DNA of 61,568 nt, counting the filler, from Thelocarpon superellum (lineage: Eukaryota): the NCBI GenBank assembly GCA_026025795.1. It is 2 parts of 2 records of this genome, joined end to end, with 100 filler letters (N's around TTAATTAATTAA, not from the genome) between each part and the next. Parts side by side here need not be neighbours in the genome. Positions count along the whole stretch, not along the records: positions 1 to 30,744 come from JAPEUG010000197.1; 1 more part is not named here. One strand, written 5' to 3'. Under the pieces are notes generated by a model. The model saw only the letters and a list, made by a program, of their open reading frames with translations, was not told the DNA's origin and searched no databases. Positions 1 through 11,650 of the stretch are shown here, one piece after another; position 1 is the stretch's first letter; every line of letters starts with the position of its first letter. The position numbers and the translations under genes are program-made.

Positions 1-28
1 GAGGTACGGATGAATAATCCTCCTACAG

Positions 29-360
29 GCCGAGATGTCGGCACTCGAGAACACGGGCCGGCGTCCAGCGTCGGACTACCGCGGGGCTACCATGTACACC
101 ACCCTCTCGCCTTGCGACATGTGTACCGGAGCCTGCCTCTTGTACAAGGTGAAGCGGGTCGTCATCGGCGAGAACAGCACCTTCATGGGAGGGGAAGCCA
201 GCCTCCGCGCGCGCAGCGTGGACGTGGTGAACCTCGATCACGACGAATGCAAGCAACTGATGCACACTTTCATCCGCGAGCACCCGCAGCTGTGGTGGGT
301 TACCCGCTTTGATAGTATCCTAAACTAAGCGTCGGCAGGAATGAAGATATTGGCGAGTGA
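29..360 (+). CDS. FCY1: Cytosine deaminase, 3' part (5' exons lie outside the window)
   Basis: After an acceptor at 28: (H)AEMSALEN...TTLSPCDMC zinc-deaminase motifs. A 44-nt intron (295-338) leads to a last exon WNEDIGE*, a typical Fcy1 C-terminus. Confidence 0.93.
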
Positions 361-508
361 TGGCGGCGAGTGATCGCACGCAATCACGGCAAGCCAGGGA
401 TGATGGAAGAGACAGTCAAGGTCGCAAGGAACATCATATCTCCCAGTACGCAAACGCGCAGGTGCGATGCATGTGCGTGACGGAGGGCTGTGCCGAAGGG
501 CCGCGCTA

Positions 509-3135
509 TCAGGTCAGGCCCGTGTCGTCGCCACCATTGAGGCTAGCCTGTTCGCCTTTGCGCTCTACATTATGGATGGCGCTGTGCAGGGCGCTGGTTA
601 GGTCGAGATGGAACAGCGGGCGGTTGAGCCCATGTACCACGGCGACGCGACTCGGTCGTAGATAGGCGCCCGAGCCAGCGAGGTTCTTGTCCAGGCCGCC
701 CTCGGAGGACTGGCTGATGATCTCGTCCTTATCGACGCTGGCGGTCCGTCGTGCCTCGACATCGCTCTTCCGCCGTTGCTGGAGGTGTTCGTTGTCGCGC
801 TGCTCCGCCACGGCCGCCGCCGAATTTTCGCCGCCGATTTCAGCGACACTGAAGACGGGCTTCCAACGCGAGAACTTGGGCGCGTCTGGCGTCGGATAGC
901 CGAAGCCAGCGTGGACCAAGGCGCGTTTGGTCCAGCGATTATTGATGCAGGCCAGGTGCCATTCCACCGGGTTTGGCGACGCCCAGCGGTCCAGCTGGTT
1001 GCGCACGTCGATCAGGTGCTGCACCGACGTGATATCGACGTTGTTGACCGAGGAGAAATCGAGGATGACGGCCTTCAAGGTGGGCAGATCGGCATTGACG
1101 ATCTGCTCCTTGCCGCGACGCGGGCCGGGGTCATTCCACGGCCGGTCGCCCGGCCTCCCATACGAGGAATTGTCCGTGCGGCGCGTTGCTTTGAAGATGG
1201 TCCCCGTCAGTTGATCCAGGTAGTGATTCGCATTGGGATAGTTGTAGCCCTCGGAGAAACGATAGATGAAGATGCCCGGATAAGGCGAGGTTACTTCAAT
1301 CTCTGGGTTCGATCCGTCATGATGGTCGATGGGCAGAAAGATGTTGCGGTAAGAGTTGTCCGCATCGCCACCCGGGAGTTGGTCGCGACGGCCGCCGGGG
1401 CCCGCAGCATCCTTGTCCTGCGACAGGTGGTCGCCCACCACCGAGCGGACCTTGACCTTGCCGAGAAAGCGTCCATTGGCTTTGACGACACGGTAAAGCA
1501 GGAGCGCGGCTGAGACGGAAATGGTGGTATAGATGCCGTTTTCGATGCTGGAAAAGACCGTCACGATGACACCGGCGAAGAAGATGATGACTTCAAAGGG
1601 TGAGATCTGCCAGAACTGATAGAGCGTGTTAGGCGGGGTGATGAGATCGCCTACGGCATGGATGATGACTGCCGATAGGCCGGCATTCGGAATGTAGAAG
1701 AAGACGGCGGTCAGGGCATAAATGGCCAAGAGCACGACAATCGCCGAGATCAGTCCGCCCAGTGGAGTCCGAACCCCTGCCTTGGAATTAATGGCCGTGC
1801 GCGAGAAGGAGCCTGTGGATGGGTAAGCGCCGAGGAAGGGACCGAGGACATTGGTCACGCCAATGGCCACCATTTCCTGGGAAGGATTGATCAGGTAATG
1901 GTTGACGCGGCCAAAGGACTTGGCGATGGCGATGTGCTCAATGAGCAGGACAATAATCGACGCCGGTAATTCGCTCGCAAACGCAGAGATGATGGTCTTG
2001 TTGATGACCGGAACCCGGGCATCTTGAAAGCCTAAGGGAAGACGATTAGCGCCGAGATTCGGTCAGGGCACGGGACGCGGGGTTCGGTACCTCTGGGGAC
2101 CGTGCCCAAGATGGTGAAGCGCGGCTTCGTGCGATGGTTCCGGTTGACGAGCCAGCTGACGAGCGTGTAGAGGAGGATGACAAAGACGGTGCGGAGGGTG
2201 GCGATGAAGAAGAAGGTTTTGCTGCGGCTCGGGAACTTTCGTGCGGCGTACTTGCATGCGGAGCGAATGGAATAGAGCAAGGTCAAGGCCGTCAGGCCAA
2301 TGGCGGCATCGAGCTTGGTTCGGCCTAGGTGCTGGAGGGTGTGAATGACGACCAAGTAAGTCGGATCACGCGTGGAGAAGCCTGTGATGCCCATGAGCGT
2401 GGGCACTTGACCGACGGCGATGTTCAGCGCTGAGCCGGTCATGAAGGCCGAGATGGCGGCCAGGGAGATGAACTCGACGATCCAGCCGCAGCGGATGAGG
2501 CCGATGAAGAGGATGACGGAGCCGGCGATGATGGCCAATGCCGAGGCGATGATGTCCGGGGGGATGTCAGGATTCGACTTCTTCGCCGCGAGGACGACAT
2601 TGCCGGTGATGGTCGACATGACGGCCACCGGGCCAATGGTGATGTCCTTGGATGTGGCGAAGAACCAATAGATCAGCAGGCCCATGAAGGACGAGTAGAG
2701 ACCAAATTGGGGTTTTAGCTCTGCCAAGGCGGCGTAGGCCATGCCTTGGGGGACCACGACCGCTCCCACGGTGATGCCTGATGAGCGTGTCAGCGCTCAC
2801 GCTTACGCATGCGTGTACGCGTACGCTCCCTGGCCATGGGAGCACGTACCGGCGACGAGATCTCCGGCAAACCATCGCGCGTTGTATCGCGTGATCCAAT
2901 GAGTGAACGGAAAGAGGCTGTACAGATACTGGGCCAAGATGCTCGGCGTGGGCAAGACGTTTCGCAGCCATTCGGCCGCGGTGGGCTCCTCTTCGATGTA
3001 GGCATCGGCGGAAGAGACGGAGAAGACGGACTCGCCGCGCGTCAAATCCCCTTTGCCAAGCTCATCACGGTAGTCGAGCTTGATGCCCAGAGCCTTGGCC
3101 AGGACGGGGCCGGCTTTGGAGGCCGCGGAGGCCAT
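509..3135 (-). CDS. SulP/SLC26 sulfate permease with C-terminal STAS domain (sB/CYS-14/SUL-type), 2 introns
   Basis: GDLVAG-ITVGAVVVPQGMAYA, FATSKDITIGPVA, TGSFSRTAINSKAG and STAS VILDFSSVNNVD motifs. Introns at ~2779-2848 and ~2033-2090. Confidence 0.95.
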
Positions 3136-4450
3136 GGCGGCACGATGCGATGCGCGGCGGATGCGAGGTACGACGAGTGCAGATGGAACGGTTATCAAGG
3201 AATGTGCCGAGAGATCGGATCACTGCCGGCGCAATTTAACCTTCCTGGATTATGTTGCCCTCTTAGAAAGGCCGAGCAGGTTCCCGTCTTATATCCCGTT
3301 TCAATTCCGGCGGGCGTGACGAAAGGACCCTGTGCAATGGCCTTTGCACGTGAGGCCTGTCGGTGGGAGAAAAGGGCTTGAGGCCGGCAAGCCGGGTAAG
3401 AGGCCGGCCATAGCGGAGGGGCCAGTCCACGCTGCATGGACACTCCACATGGGCTGGAGGGAGGAAAAGCAAAAAGAAAAGGTGAGCGAGCGGTCATTGC
3501 TACTGGGTGGCACGAGGTCACTAGAGCATTGCCCCCATGAGTGATGGTCATGGCGTCCTCGGGGAGCTCAGCGAGGAGCGGAAACACGAGAGAATCGGCT
3601 CTAGATCGGAGCCGTTGCAGTACCTTGATGAGGCGAGAAGATGAGGGTTGACGGAGCTCTTTCGACGGCGCGGCCACCAAACCCCAGATGGCGTTGGTAG
3701 CGTGCGGCGAGGAGCGCTAGGTGCGGGTTCCTCCAGAGGGTTCCCAAGTCTACCCAGCACGCCGCGGACGCCACGGCACCGGAGAGAAAGAAGCGAGGCC
3801 CTTGGGAGGGCAAGCGACGTCAGTGATAGGGCCTAGCCCAATGGCGTGATCCACGACCCGAATTTCGTGCCCGGCTGCCCCACGCTTTGGCCCTCGTCCA
3901 TGCTGGAAGTCCGCCGACGAGTACCTGCCTCTGTGACCATTACCCCACGCCCCGAGCACGCCCCAATGGAGCCGGTAGTGGTCAACAGAAGGGTCCCGTC
4001 GTTTAGAGACTGATCCCTGATTCCTTGTCAAGGCAGATCCCTAGCCCATTTCTAGGCATCAGAGTCGGCAGGGCGTTATCCGACAAGCTTGACTGGGCCA
4101 GAATGGTGACCGTCTTGCACCCTTGGCGCTGCCGCCGACCCGTAACGGTAGAAGCGGGGCCACGAGACCGGTGCGCAGCGCGGCAGCTCTATCGACGTCG
4201 CACCAGCATCGCGTAGCGGCGTAGCGAAAGAGAGCGAGTTTGTTGCTGGTTGCCGCGTCGTGCGGCGCGCCTCCTTCGCCTCTGATAGCTCAACCATTGT
4301 GGGGTCCAGAAGTACTGGCGTCAAGATCCACCATGCTCACTTGATCGTTACATGATGGCACCATCGAGCCTAACCCTCCCAGCACTACCGGGTCGTCGGT
4401 GTCTGTGATGATTGGTGACGTCTCGGGTGATTCCACTTCGCGTCTACATC

Positions 4451-5972
4451 ATGTCGACCTCACCTTCCAAAGCCTCTGGGCCCCACCTGGCCAACAAGAC
4501 GTCGTCATCCACCCTAGGGCCGTCCACTTTACGAGAGACACGATCACTGCGTCGACTCCGATCGGCGCATGCGCTATCGTCCAATCCCGGCCCGTCCCAC
4601 CCTCCCTCGCTGATCTCGCTGCAGCGCCAGCAACAGCGCACGGTCTCCATCACTAAAGATATTCCATCTCTTCCGTCACATGGCCGGTCTCGATCGAACA
4701 GTGACGCGGCGGTGGGGAGACTGTCTAGCCATGCGCCGAGCCCGCGGCGGAACGCGGCGGCGCGCAAGATCATCACATCTTCTGCGTCGATGACAAAACA
4801 CGTGACCTTGGATGGTCTCCTCCGCGACGGACCCCTGAATGGCGACGTGAAAGGGGGACTCCGGGACATGCGATATCTGGTGCTCACGGATGGCGTGTCC
4901 AGTGACAGTGACGGCATGGTGCGTGGCACACGGACACGATGGGTCGACTCAACTGACGTGGGGGTAGTCGTCGTTGCGCATCTACATCTGGCTCATCCTC
5001 CTCCGTGCACCTCCACTGGCGACTGATGAGTACCTTGCCCTAATCCACCGAGGGGCGTCGCCGGCCTACGCCAAGATCCGGAATGACACGTTCCGTACCT
5101 TGGCCACCGACCCTCTGTTTCGCAGGCGCGTGAGCGAGGCGAGCCTCATCCGCCTGCTCAATGCGGTGGCGTGGAAGTTGCACGACGGCAAAGAAGAACG
5201 GCTGATGGCTGCGCGGCCAACGATCACAGCGACGGTGGACGGTAGCCCCGAACGACACGCGGAATCTCGGATCACTGCCTCGCGACGACAAAAGCGAGGA
5301 TCGCGGACGACGGCAACGGATGGATCGGATGCCGGCGGTACCGAGCCGGGGACGTATGTGCAGGGGATGAACGTACTGGCCGCCCCTTTTCTCTACGCTG
5401 CCCGGAGCGAGACGGAAGCGTTTGTCTCGTTTCATCGCTTTCTGACGCGAGAATGCCCGGGATACGTGAGGGGGGCGATGGACGGGGTGCATCGTGGGCT
5501 CGCGGTAGGTCTTGTGTGACACTTGGCCGGTCGGGCATGGCTGACCTGGAGGCAGCTGGTCGACAGGGTTCTTGCCATCGTGGACAGCAAACTGTCGGCC
5601 TATCTCCACTCCAAGGGCATGAACGCTGAGCTCTACGCCTTTCCGTCCGTCTTGACTCTGTGCGCCTGCACTCCGCCCTTGCCGGAAGTTCTACATCTGT
5701 GGGACTTTCTCTTTGCGTATGGGGCCCACCTGAATGTGCTCTGCATCGTCGCGCAGCTGGTCATGATCCGTGACACGATTTTAGGGAGTCCAAGGTCCGT
5801 CGATGATCTGCGCGGTTGCGGGCGCTTGCTAACGCGAATGCCTGCCAGTCCGACCAAGATTCTACGGTCCTTTCCACCTTTGCAAGCGGCCAAAGTCAAG
5901 ATGATTGCCATCAGTCTGGTGAAAAAGTTACCGGACCATGTATATGATGAGATTGTGATGCATGCCAAGTAA
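4451..5972 (+). CDS. BUB2: Bub2/Cdc16 TBC-domain GAP (mitotic exit / septation initiation network)
   Basis: KIRNDTFRTLATD, YVQGMNVLAAPFLY and AELYAFPSVLTLCACTPPL motifs; 3 short introns. Confidence 0.92.
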
Positions 5973-6248
5973 ATGCATTATACACGGAAGGAGGCGTTTG
6001 ATGGGGTGCAGGGGCGCAAGGGCGCAAGAGTGCAAGGATTCAAGGGTTCCTCTGGGTAAAGGCACCTCTAAAGATGACGCTCCGATGTGTCGAATGCAAC
6101 GACAGGAGACAGATTCATTTGACACGTTCGTAACACCGGCGTAAGTCCAAGGTAGATGGTATTACTATAGCACCCTGACTAGTACTACTAATCAAGGTGC
6201 TATACTGCGAACGCTCAAAGTGTATTGTCCAGGGTGTCCCGAATACTG

Positions 6249-6326
6249 TGGCAGAGGAGGGTCTCCATAGGAGAGGGACGGCGCTCTAACCCGAAACTTT
6301 CGCTGTGCTCCGGGTTCGATTCCTGG
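6249..6326 (+). other. tRNA-like Pol III A-box/B-box element (degenerate tRNA, SINE head or extra-TFIIIC site)
   Basis: TGGCAGAGGAGG A-box-like at 6249; near-perfect T-arm CCGGG-TTCGATT-CCTGG (one G-U pair) at 6310-6326; no acceptor stem. Confidence 0.35.
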
Positions 6327-6460
6327 AGATAGATCATCACGTTGAGGTCTTTTGCAGCCCTGGTTCTCCAGCTGGACTGTATTCCTACAAGATCCTCGTC
6401 TAACATTTGTGCGGTCGAATGCATCTGTTTCGTAAAGGCTCACGTGCCCGTCCCTTCAGC

Positions 6461-6508
6461 CCTCGACCCTCGACCCTTGATCCTCGATCCTCGATCCTCG
6501 ATCCTCGC
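6461..6508. repeat. Imperfect 7-mer tandem repeat (CCTCGAT/C)n
   Basis: cctcgac cctcgac ccttgat cctcgat cctcgat cctcgat cctcg. Confidence 0.8.
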
Positions 6509-6920
6509 GTACGCTAAACACAGCTTTCCACGGATTGGCAGCTCGGCAAGGAGCAGATCTGTGGTTCATCATGGGATACTTCGTACTGACGCACCCGAAG
6601 ATCTCAACTGGAATGGGTAGTCCATTCTACGGAAGCTATCCGTCGTTCTAATATACAGCTACGGTGGGTCACGTGCAGCGGCTTAGTCAAAAGCCGAGAG
6701 CTCCTGTATAGAGCCTCCACAGTACTTCGTACGTGAGGGTGGTGCCGAGCTGCGTGACGCGGGTCGCTTCCTGCAGCGTCGTCCTCGTACCGATACCAGC
6801 CAAGCGAGCCTCGGCTCTTCCGCGTCTCGGGTCTTCCAGACGTCCCAGCTTCTCCGAATCCCTCCTCATAAGCCGTCATCCTCCCTCCTCCAAGCATGCA
6901 TCATTGCCCAACCTGCCAAC

Positions 6921-8258
6921 ATGGCGGGTGCAGTACGACAGCCGATCGATACGGCTTCCTTGGAAGCGTACATCGAGAAACAAGTCCCGGAGATTCAGAC
7001 GCCGATTGATGTGAAGCAGGTGTGTTTGCCCCGTCCCCTCCACTTTCTCACGTGCCACGGATGCCATCACCAACACCAATACCACCATCACTATGAACCC
7101 GCACCATGGTTCTGAATCCGCTGACGTCCCTCCCTTCTTTTCACTAGTTTGGCTTCGGACAATCTAATCCAACATATCAGCTGACGGCGCGCAATGGCAA
7201 TAAATATGTCATGCGCAAGAAACCACCAGGGCAACTGCTGTCCAAGACGGCGCATCAGGTGGAGCGCGAATACCGCATCATCCACGCCTTGGAGCAGACG
7301 GACGTTCCAGTCCCGAAAGCCTATTGCCTCTGTGAAGATGCCGGCGTGGTCGGAACCCCCTTTTACATCATGGAGTTTCTGGACGGGCGCATCTTTGAGG
7401 ATGCCAGTTTCCCGGGTGTGAGGCCGTCGGAACGAACAGAGATGTGTGTCTCCCTCCCTTGGACCCTGCGCCCTCCTCCTGCCCTGTCACCTCTCCACGC
7501 GCGCCCCTAATCTCGACGGCAGGTGGAACGACGCGATCCGGACGCTGGCAAAACTGCACCGTATCCCACCGGCCTCCGTCGGGCTCTCGGACTTTGGCAA
7601 AGCCAGCGGATTCTACAGCCGGCAAATCAAGACATTCAAGTCCATCTCGCTCTCGCAAGCGGCGTCCATCGACGTCGACACGCAGCAAGCAGTGGGCAAG
7701 ATCCCGCACTTTGACGACATGGTGTCCTTCTTCTCCGCGCCCGCCACCGCGCCGCCAGACCGGGGCACGCTCATCCACGGCGACTACAAGATCGACAACC
7801 TGGTGTACCACCGGACGGAGCCGCGCGTGATTGGCATACTAGACTGGGAGATGTCGACGGTGGGACACCCGCTCTCGGATCTCTCCAACCTCCTGACGCC
7901 CTACCTGACGGCGCCGTCGCCCACGCGCACCGCCATGCCGACGCCCCCGCGCCCTTCCGTGGCTTTCACGCCGCACACGACGCCGGGGCTACCGACGCGC
8001 GACGCGCTGCTGAGGTTGTACGGCGCGATTGCGGACTGGGACCCGGTGAGCAACGGATTGGCGTGGGCGGATGCCTTCGCCATGTTTCGTGGCGCAGTCA
8101 TTATGCAGGGCATAGCGGCGCGGTATGCGCGCAGGCAGGCGAGTAGTGCGCATGCGAGGGAACACGGCGAGCTCATGCATCCGTTTGCGGAGTACGGGTG
8201 GGGCTTGGTCACGTATATGAAGGGCGAGTTGGACAGAGAGGGGAGAGCGAAGTTGTAG
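6921..8258 (+). CDS. APH-family phosphotransferase resembling the ACAD10/ACAD11 N-terminal kinase domain, with PTS1
   Basis: [33 protein letters not shown] and LDWEMST motifs; ends in AKL*; introns ~7020-7147 and ~7445-7522. Confidence 0.88.
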
Positions 8259-8823
8259 AGTAGTCTTGAGCATTGTGGTTCCTGTCACAATTACTGGGTG
8301 TCTTGTCGTGGTGCTTCGGTCGTACATCTCCTTTGTTTGCTCCAGTATGTGCCATGTTTGATTCCATCCCTCTGCGCTGTGACTATCTGCTTGTGCAGGA
8401 TGAAGGGCGGAGTGTACGGAACGGGGAGTGTGTGTGGAAGGTGGAGTGGGGGTCGTGGAGTGGAGAGAGAGAGTGCGGAGTGCGGGGGAGTGTGGAGGTC
8501 AAAGGGTGGGGAGTGCAACTAATGATGCTTGGCCGAGGAGCAGAAAAAGGAACCATGTGGTCTGAGCGGTCTGAGTGATGTGGTGAAGCAGCAGTGGAGA
8601 GTGCTCGAGGGCTCTAGGCTCACTGCTCGAGGGCTGTATGGCCTACACTCAAGGGCTGGTGCGGCATGCAGAGAAAATGCAAGGTGAAGAACAACATAGG
8701 AAAGGTGTCCGGCCGTGCACATGCACATGCACAGGAACGACAGACAGAACACAAGGGAAGAAAAAGGAAAAGATGTCTCGCCCTAGGTGACTGCCATATC
8801 CGAGCATGATGCCATCCCCTCCC

Positions 8824-11061
8824 CTATGACCGTCCAGGACGATCCTGCTCCTCCATCCCGATATCGCTGGCCGAAGGACCCGCAACCCGACGAGATCGCC
8901 GATGGCCACGGTGATAGGGGGATTGGATCAGATCGGGCACACCCGGCACGTTGATGGCTGCGGTACCTGGCGGAGGAAATCCCGGCACAAATCCACCCTG
9001 CGCAGCCGGATGCTGCGTGGAAAAACGCCCTGACAACGCCATGTTGAACACCGAGTCTCGCATCGGCGTCGCTCTCGGTCCCATGCGCGGTTGCCCATAC
9101 ACCCCCAGGCCTTGGTGCGCGGGAAGGGTGAAATGCTCGCTGGTGCCCTGGGCGGTCGTGCGATTAGTGGAAGGTGAGGAGCCCGAGGAACCCGAGGGAG
9201 TAGCATAGTAGGAGTTGGTAAAGGCCGACGGCGAAAAATAGCCGTGCGACGTGGGTTGGAAGCTCGTTGAAGCCGCAGCTTCCTCCACCCCGACCATGTT
9301 CGACCGCACCGGGGGACCCAGACCAACCGCCGACATGCCCAGATACGCGGGCAGTTCGATTCGCGTGCCTCCGATGACGTCGTGCGTCGGGCTCGGCGCG
9401 TCGATCATCATCGCATCCGGATCCTGCGCTTGCGAGGCGCGTTGGGCAGCTCGTGAGGCGTTTTCAGCAGCAACGTCCGCGATGACGAGAGGTCCCGCAA
9501 GCGGCCCTTGCGTCGAATGGTGCGACGGAGCACTGGTTGACATGGGAGTGACCTGTGAAGCTCGTCCGCTGGCGGCATTGTGCACCTGCTGCTGTTGCGT
9601 GAGCCGAGCCGCCAGACGGCGTCGAATGAATCGATCCGGTCGGTAGAGTTCTGACTCGACCTTGCGTCGGCACGACGGACAGGTGCAGTGCTCGCCAAAC
9701 CACGTCTTGATGCAATTCTTGCCAAACACATGCCCACACGGCAGCTTAACCGGTGTCTCGATCTTGCCTTGCGTCGGTTCCGGCATGCCCAATCGCTCGA
9801 GGCAGATGCTGCAGGCCCGGTCATCCTCATCCAAGCTGTTAAGATCCACGTCCACCAGCGTCTCGATGGCTTTCCGGGACGCTCGCCGGAGATCGGCTCC
9901 GTAATCAACGCTCGCCAATTCGATCTCTCGCCGCAATGGCAGCAAGACGGCCACGTCATCCGCGGGGTCATCGGCGTCTCGATCCGTCGTCGATCCCCCG
10001 ATGCGTTCCTCACGAGGAATGCCTGGGACACGACGCACCCGCAACGGCTGATACTCGTCCGGACCGTCACCGAAGCGGCTAATGCCCGGGACGGCACGCG
10101 CGTTTCGCTCCTGGTGCGGGTTGACCCGACCCTCGGCCAGAAAGCTATTGAGGTCTCGCAGAGGCTGTCCTGGTTGGGTCAGACGGCTCGCCTCATAGCT
10201 CTCGTTGACGTTGCGTTCAAACCGGCCCGAGGCGATGTACTCGTGGAAGGCGTTTTGAGAGCGTGACGTGCGAGAGACGGCCTCTCCGGCGAGGTCGGCA
10301 TGCATCAGGTCTGCCATGCGGGTTGTAGTCGTCCGCGGATTCTGCCCCGGGACGAAGCCGGTCGTCATCATGCCGGCGTAGGAAGTACGCGGATAGCTAT
10401 GCTCGCGCGGACCCTGGAGGGTGGGTGCTGACGTGGGCACAGGCGACGGCGGACGAAACAGGCGCTCTCGTCGCGGTCGTGAATGTGTCTGTCCCATGTT
10501 TTCACTGGCTGCTCTCGAGGGCGAGGGGCCGGGTCGAGAGGCCCACATGGACGAGGTGTCGTGGGATGTCGTGGCAGCGAGGGTGGGGATGGCGTATGGC
10601 AGGGTGGACGATGGGCGGGTCATGGCCTCGGGGCTCGGAGGGTCGGTCGCCATGAGAAAGGCCGCGGCGTTGCGGGAGGTGGAATGGTGAGGTCGGACCG
10701 GGGACGGCGGGGCATACCCGTATCGAGTCCGTGATGACGGGGCTTGTGGAGTGGGAGAGTTGTGGTGCGGCGGCGGGGTCATGTACGTCGTGGGCATGGA
10801 GTAGGGCGAGAAGGTGGGTGGTTGAGGATGAAGCTGTGACGGCGTCTGAGCCGCAAGCTGAAAGGGTGGCTCCGGGAAGCTGTGACGATGGCTGCTCGGG
10901 GAGTGGTGGTTGACTGGAGCCAGGTCAGCCGATCTGAGGTCGCGGGATGCTCGACTAGTAGCGGCCGTGTCATCACACTCACCACGGTCGACGGCGGACG
11001 ACTTGGAGCTTGGTCGATCGCCCGGCGAAGAGTTCATCGCATGCGGGTGTGGAGCGCTCAT
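8824..11061 (-). CDS. RING-finger E3 ubiquitin ligase, San1-like, with long disordered flanks
   Basis: 745-aa ORF containing CSIC...LPCGHVFGKNCIKTW...CPSCR. Gly replaces one metal ligand, as in San1-type RINGs. Confidence 0.75.
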   Translation of the reverse strand: MSAPHPHAMNSSPGDRPSSKSSAVDRGECDDTAATSRASRDLRSADLAPVNHHSPSSHRHSFPEPPFQLAAQTPSQLHPQPPTFSPYSMPTTYMTPPPHHNSPTPQAPSSRTRYGYAPPSPVRPHHSTSRNAAAFLMATDPPSPEAMTRPSSTLPYAIPTLAATTSHDTSSMWASRPGPSPSRAASENMGQTHSRPRRERLFRPPSPVPTSAPTLQGPREHSYPRTSYAGMMTTGFVPGQNPRTTTTRMADLMHADLAGEAVSRTSRSQNAFHEYIASGRFERNVNESYEASRLTQPGQPLRDLNSFLAEGRVNPHQERNARAVPGISRFGDGPDEYQPLRVRRVPGIPREERIGGSTTDRDADDPADDVAVLLPLRREIELASVDYGADLRRASRKAIETLVDVDLNSLDEDDRACSICLERLGMPEPTQGKIETPVKLPCGHVFGKNCIKTWFGEHCTCPSCRRKVESELYRPDRFIRRRLAARLTQQQQVHNAASGRASQVTPMSTSAPSHHSTQGPLAGPLVIADVAAENASRAAQRASQAQDPDAMMIDAPSPTHDVIGGTRIELPAYLGMSAVGLGPPVRSNMVGVEEAAASTSFQPTSHGYFSPSAFTNSYYATPSGSSGSSPSTNRTTAQGTSEHFTLPAHQGLGVYGQPRMGPRATPMRDSVFNMALSGRFSTQHPAAQGGFVPGFPPPGTAAINVPGVPDLIQSPYHRGHRRSRRVAGPSASDIGMEEQDRPGRS

Positions 11062-11650
11062 GGTGGGCGGACGTTGAGATCAAGACCGGAATTGACCCAA
11101 GACGGATTCACCAGGAACGGTGGACGGGCAAGGTGAAGTGAGGGCCACGGTCGGTGGAGGGGTCGCGGTAGAGAAGAGGGACGACGGAACCCCTCCAGGG
11201 CCCATCCGGTGGAAGTAGGCACAGCTCGGCTACCCATCCAGTCGGAGGGCTCGCCAGCAGCAACTCCAACAGAGGGGTGATCTGGTTATCAAGTTGTCTA
11301 CCCAGTTGAAGCATAGTGCGTCCTCGTGACGGCGCCCGGCCACCGCGAGTGACGAGGAACAAGGGCAAGCGGCGAGTAATGTTGGGTGTCCGGCTGGGAG
11401 CGAGGAGCGAGGCACGAGGAGCAAGGGAAGCAGGGACAAGGAACGCGTGCCGTGGCGTGTTAAATGGTGTGCATTAGGCGCGTCGACCTGCTCAGCCGTC
11501 CGCGGGCGCGGCATTGGCCCAGCACGGGCCTTTACGGTTCATCAGCACTTGGGTATACGAGCAGTACTCGTACCTTGTCATTGAAGCACGAAGTACTTCT
11601 CGTGGGACTGGAGTTGGCGTCTAGATACTTTCGCATTCTCACGTCGAACC

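Noticed and set aside
6461..6508. Short tandem repeats as a CRISPR-like array (also 30204-30233, 42520-42578)
   Set aside because: No unique spacers; simple eukaryotic micro/minisatellites.
6530..6565. CAGCTCGGCAAGGAGCAG resembling SRP RNA helix 8
   Set aside because: The stem around the tetraloop does not pair correctly and no Alu-domain start is present.
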